The notes under the pieces were generated by a model. It was given only the letters and a program-made list of their open reading frames with translations. It was not told the origin of the DNA and searched no databases. The translations under genes were made by a program, and so were the position numbers. From sequence record SRR20825019_1657: 48,617 bases of DNA, one strand, 5' to 3'. Shown here one piece after another: positions 46,551 to 48,617 of the stretch. Positions within the stretch are counted from its first letter, which is position 1, and each line of letters starts with the position of its first letter.

Positions 46551-48557
46551 ATGAACCTCTCCCGTTTCACCCTGTTTGTAACGTTCTCCGCGCTGATTGC
46601 TTCGATGTCTGCGCAAACCCCCGAAGAACGTTTTGCTGCCACGCCCGACGCTATCCTTGAACGCGAAAACCAAGCCTACGAACGCGTTTCCCTGCCCATT
46701 CCCGAGGGCATTGAATTGGAAGTCGGCGGACTACTCGCCGTGCACGGCAAGCGACTCCTGGTCGCCACTCGCCGCGGTGAAATTTGGTGGGTTGATGGTG
46801 CTTACGATGAAAACCCTCAACCGCGTTTCAGCCTCTTCGCCTCCGGTCTCCACGAAATCCTCGGTTTGGAAGCGGCTCCCGATGGCGGATTCTATTTCAC
46901 GCAACGGCAGGAAATCACCTACATCAAGGACACCGACGGTGATGATCTCGCCGATGTCTTCCGCACAATTTATCGCATCCCCGTCTCCGGCAATTATCAC
47001 GAATATGCCTTCGGTCCGAAAATTGGACCGGAGGGCAATCTGCGCATCACCCTCAACATCGCCTTTGGAGGAGGCAGCCCGAGCCGCGTGCCGTGGCGTG
47101 GGTGGATGCTGGAAGTCACCCCCGAAGGTAAGATGACACCCATTGCGGCCGGTTTGCGTTCACCGGCCGGATTCGCCGTGACCAGCCAAGGGCTTTGGCT
47201 CGCAGCGGAAAATCAGGGTCGTTGGGTCGGCTCAGGTCGCGTCACCGTGATCGACAAAGGCGATTTTATCGGCGAACCCGCCTCACTCAACTGGGCGGAT
47301 CTGCCCGATTCTCCCGTCGCGTTGCGGCCGGACGACATTATCAATTTTCAGGAGAACTTCTCCGATGTTGCCGCGCGAATGGAAGGCGTAAAAACCCCGG
47401 CCGTCTGGTTTCCGCACACGATTCTGGGCATTTCCACTTCCGACATCCTCGAGGATCAAACCGGTGGAAAATTCGGCCCCTACGAAGGGCAATTCATCGT
47501 CGGTGATCAGGGGCAAAGCAAACTGATGCGGATGTCGCTCGAAAAGGTAAAAGGTGTCTGGCAGGGTGCCGCCTACTTTCTCCAAGGCGGTTTCGACTCG
47601 GGCATCGTGCGACTCACCTGGGGTGATGATGCGACTCTTTTCGTCGGTTCAACCAATCGCGGTTGGGGTTCCGTCGGCCCGAAATCCTTTGCGCTGGAGC
47701 GCGTGCGCTACACCGGAAATGTTCCTTTTGAAATTCAGGAGCTCACCGCCACACCCGATGGATTTAATGTCGCGTTCACCGAACCCGTCGACGCCGCCAC
47801 CGCCCTCGAACCCTCCTCCTACTCCGTCACCGGCTTCAACTACCTTTGGCATCTGGAATATGGCAGCCCGATCGTCGATCGCCTGACCTGTCCGGTCATC
47901 AAAGTCGTGCTTGCTCCCGATCGGCTGAGCGCACGTCTCGTTGTCGCCTGTCTCCGCGAAGGATATATCCACGAAGTGAAGGCCGCGGGTATCCGATCCG
48001 ACACCGGAGAAACTCTCGTGCATGAAAACGCATTCTATACGCTCAACCGCATTCCCGACGGAGAAACCCTCGTTCCGGCGGAGGAGTTGCTCGCCCTCGC
48101 CGAACTCTGCGGAGAAAACACCGCGCCAGCCGCACCGGTAAGTTCACCCACCCGCCAGATCGATCTACCGGAAGGTTGGCCCGATGAAGCTGTGACCACC
48201 CTCACGCTCACGACAGTTTCCGGACTCCAATTCGATAAGAAAGAATTGATCGTGAAAGCGGGAGCCCGCGTGCGACTGGAATTGGTCAACGACGACGACA
48301 TGCTCCACAACATCGTGATCACCCAACCCGGCAAAGGCCAGGTAGTCGGTGCCGCCGCCCTCACCCTTGGGCTCGAAGGTGAGACCCGCAGCTACGTGCC
48401 GGACTCTCCCGATGTGATCGCCCACACCCGCGTGCTCGGTCCTCACGAGCGCGAAACCATCTACTTCACCGCTCCTTCCGAACCCGGGGACTATGATTAC
48501 GTCTGCACCTTTCCGGGGCACTACATGATTATGAAAGGCATCCTCAAAGTGAGATAG
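46551..48557 (+). CDS. Exported beta-propeller (sorbosone-dehydrogenase-like) fused to azurin/auracyanin-type cupredoxin
   Basis: 'GNYHEYAFGP', 'GLRSPAG', 'ENQG'; type-1 Cu ligands HNIV and CTFPGHYMIM. Confidence 0.85.
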   Translation: MNLSRFTLFVTFSALIASMSAQTPEERFAATPDAILERENQAYERVSLPIPEGIELEVGGLLAVHGKRLLVATRRGEIWWVDGAYDENPQPRFSLFASGLHEILGLEAAPDGGFYFTQRQEITYIKDTDGDDLADVFRTIYRIPVSGNYHEYAFGPKIGPEGNLRITLNIAFGGGSPSRVPWRGWMLEVTPEGKMTPIAAGLRSPAGFAVTSQGLWLAAENQGRWVGSGRVTVIDKGDFIGEPASLNWADLPDSPVALRPDDIINFQENFSDVAARMEGVKTPAVWFPHTILGISTSDILEDQTGGKFGPYEGQFIVGDQGQSKLMRMSLEKVKGVWQGAAYFLQGGFDSGIVRLTWGDDATLFVGSTNRGWGSVGPKSFALERVRYTGNVPFEIQELTATPDGFNVAFTEPVDAATALEPSSYSVTGFNYLWHLEYGSPIVDRLTCPVIKVVLAPDRLSARLVVACLREGYIHEVKAAGIRSDTGETLVHENAFYTLNRIPDGETLVPAEELLALAELCGENTAPAAPVSSPTRQIDLPEGWPDEAVTTLTLTTVSGLQFDKKELIVKAGARVRLELVNDDDMLHNIVITQPGKGQVVGAAALTLGLEGETRSYVPDSPDVIAHTRVLGPHERETIYFTAPSEPGDYDYVCTFPGHYMIMKGILKVR

Positions 48558-48592
48558 GTTTTCCGCACAATGATTACTATTCGATTATTGAA

Positions 48593-48617
48593 TGTAGGGC
48601 GGGGATTCCGCTCCCCG
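48593..48617 (+). repeat. GTAG-type REP (truncated by window end)
   Basis: tGTAGggcgggga-ttccgc-tccccg. Confidence 0.55.

Noticed and set aside
1-48617. CRISPR arrays, tRNA/rRNA genes, riboswitches
   Set aside because: No regularly spaced direct repeats or recognisable RNA gene motifs seen by eye; an Rfam scan was not possible

Overview
GC-rich bacterial chromosome window, probably Verrucomicrobiota (Opitutaceae-like), inferred from the PEP-CTERM tail style, REP families and sulfatase/oxidoreductase content. It begins with housekeeping genes (holA, pqiA-like, ppnP, purB, PPi-type pfk). These are followed by a damaged toxin-antitoxin pair, cstA, an orphan hybrid kinase, and a phosphate-scavenging cluster (secreted unknown, TonB receptor, PhoD, GntP). 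The right half is a long catabolic region with sulfatases, oxidoreductases, TetR, a TonB receptor, DUF1080-PA14 and a cupredoxin-fused propeller. Main observations: (1) an integrase-less integron cassette array at ~22.1-24.4 kb with an attI-like site, three degenerate attC-like sites and one cassette with a matched non-canonical GAT/ATC core; (2) within it, a translationally coupled DUF5343-like + Swt1-like HEPN gene pair, a candidate uncharacterised anti-phage system; (3) an adjacent full-length IS481-derived protein that appears to have lost its DDE triad; (4) REP palindromes inserted in-frame inside two proteins; (5) a repeated TAACC-N4-GGTTA palindrome suggesting a local TetR regulon. All family calls are by eye, not from database searches, and start codons are best estimates.
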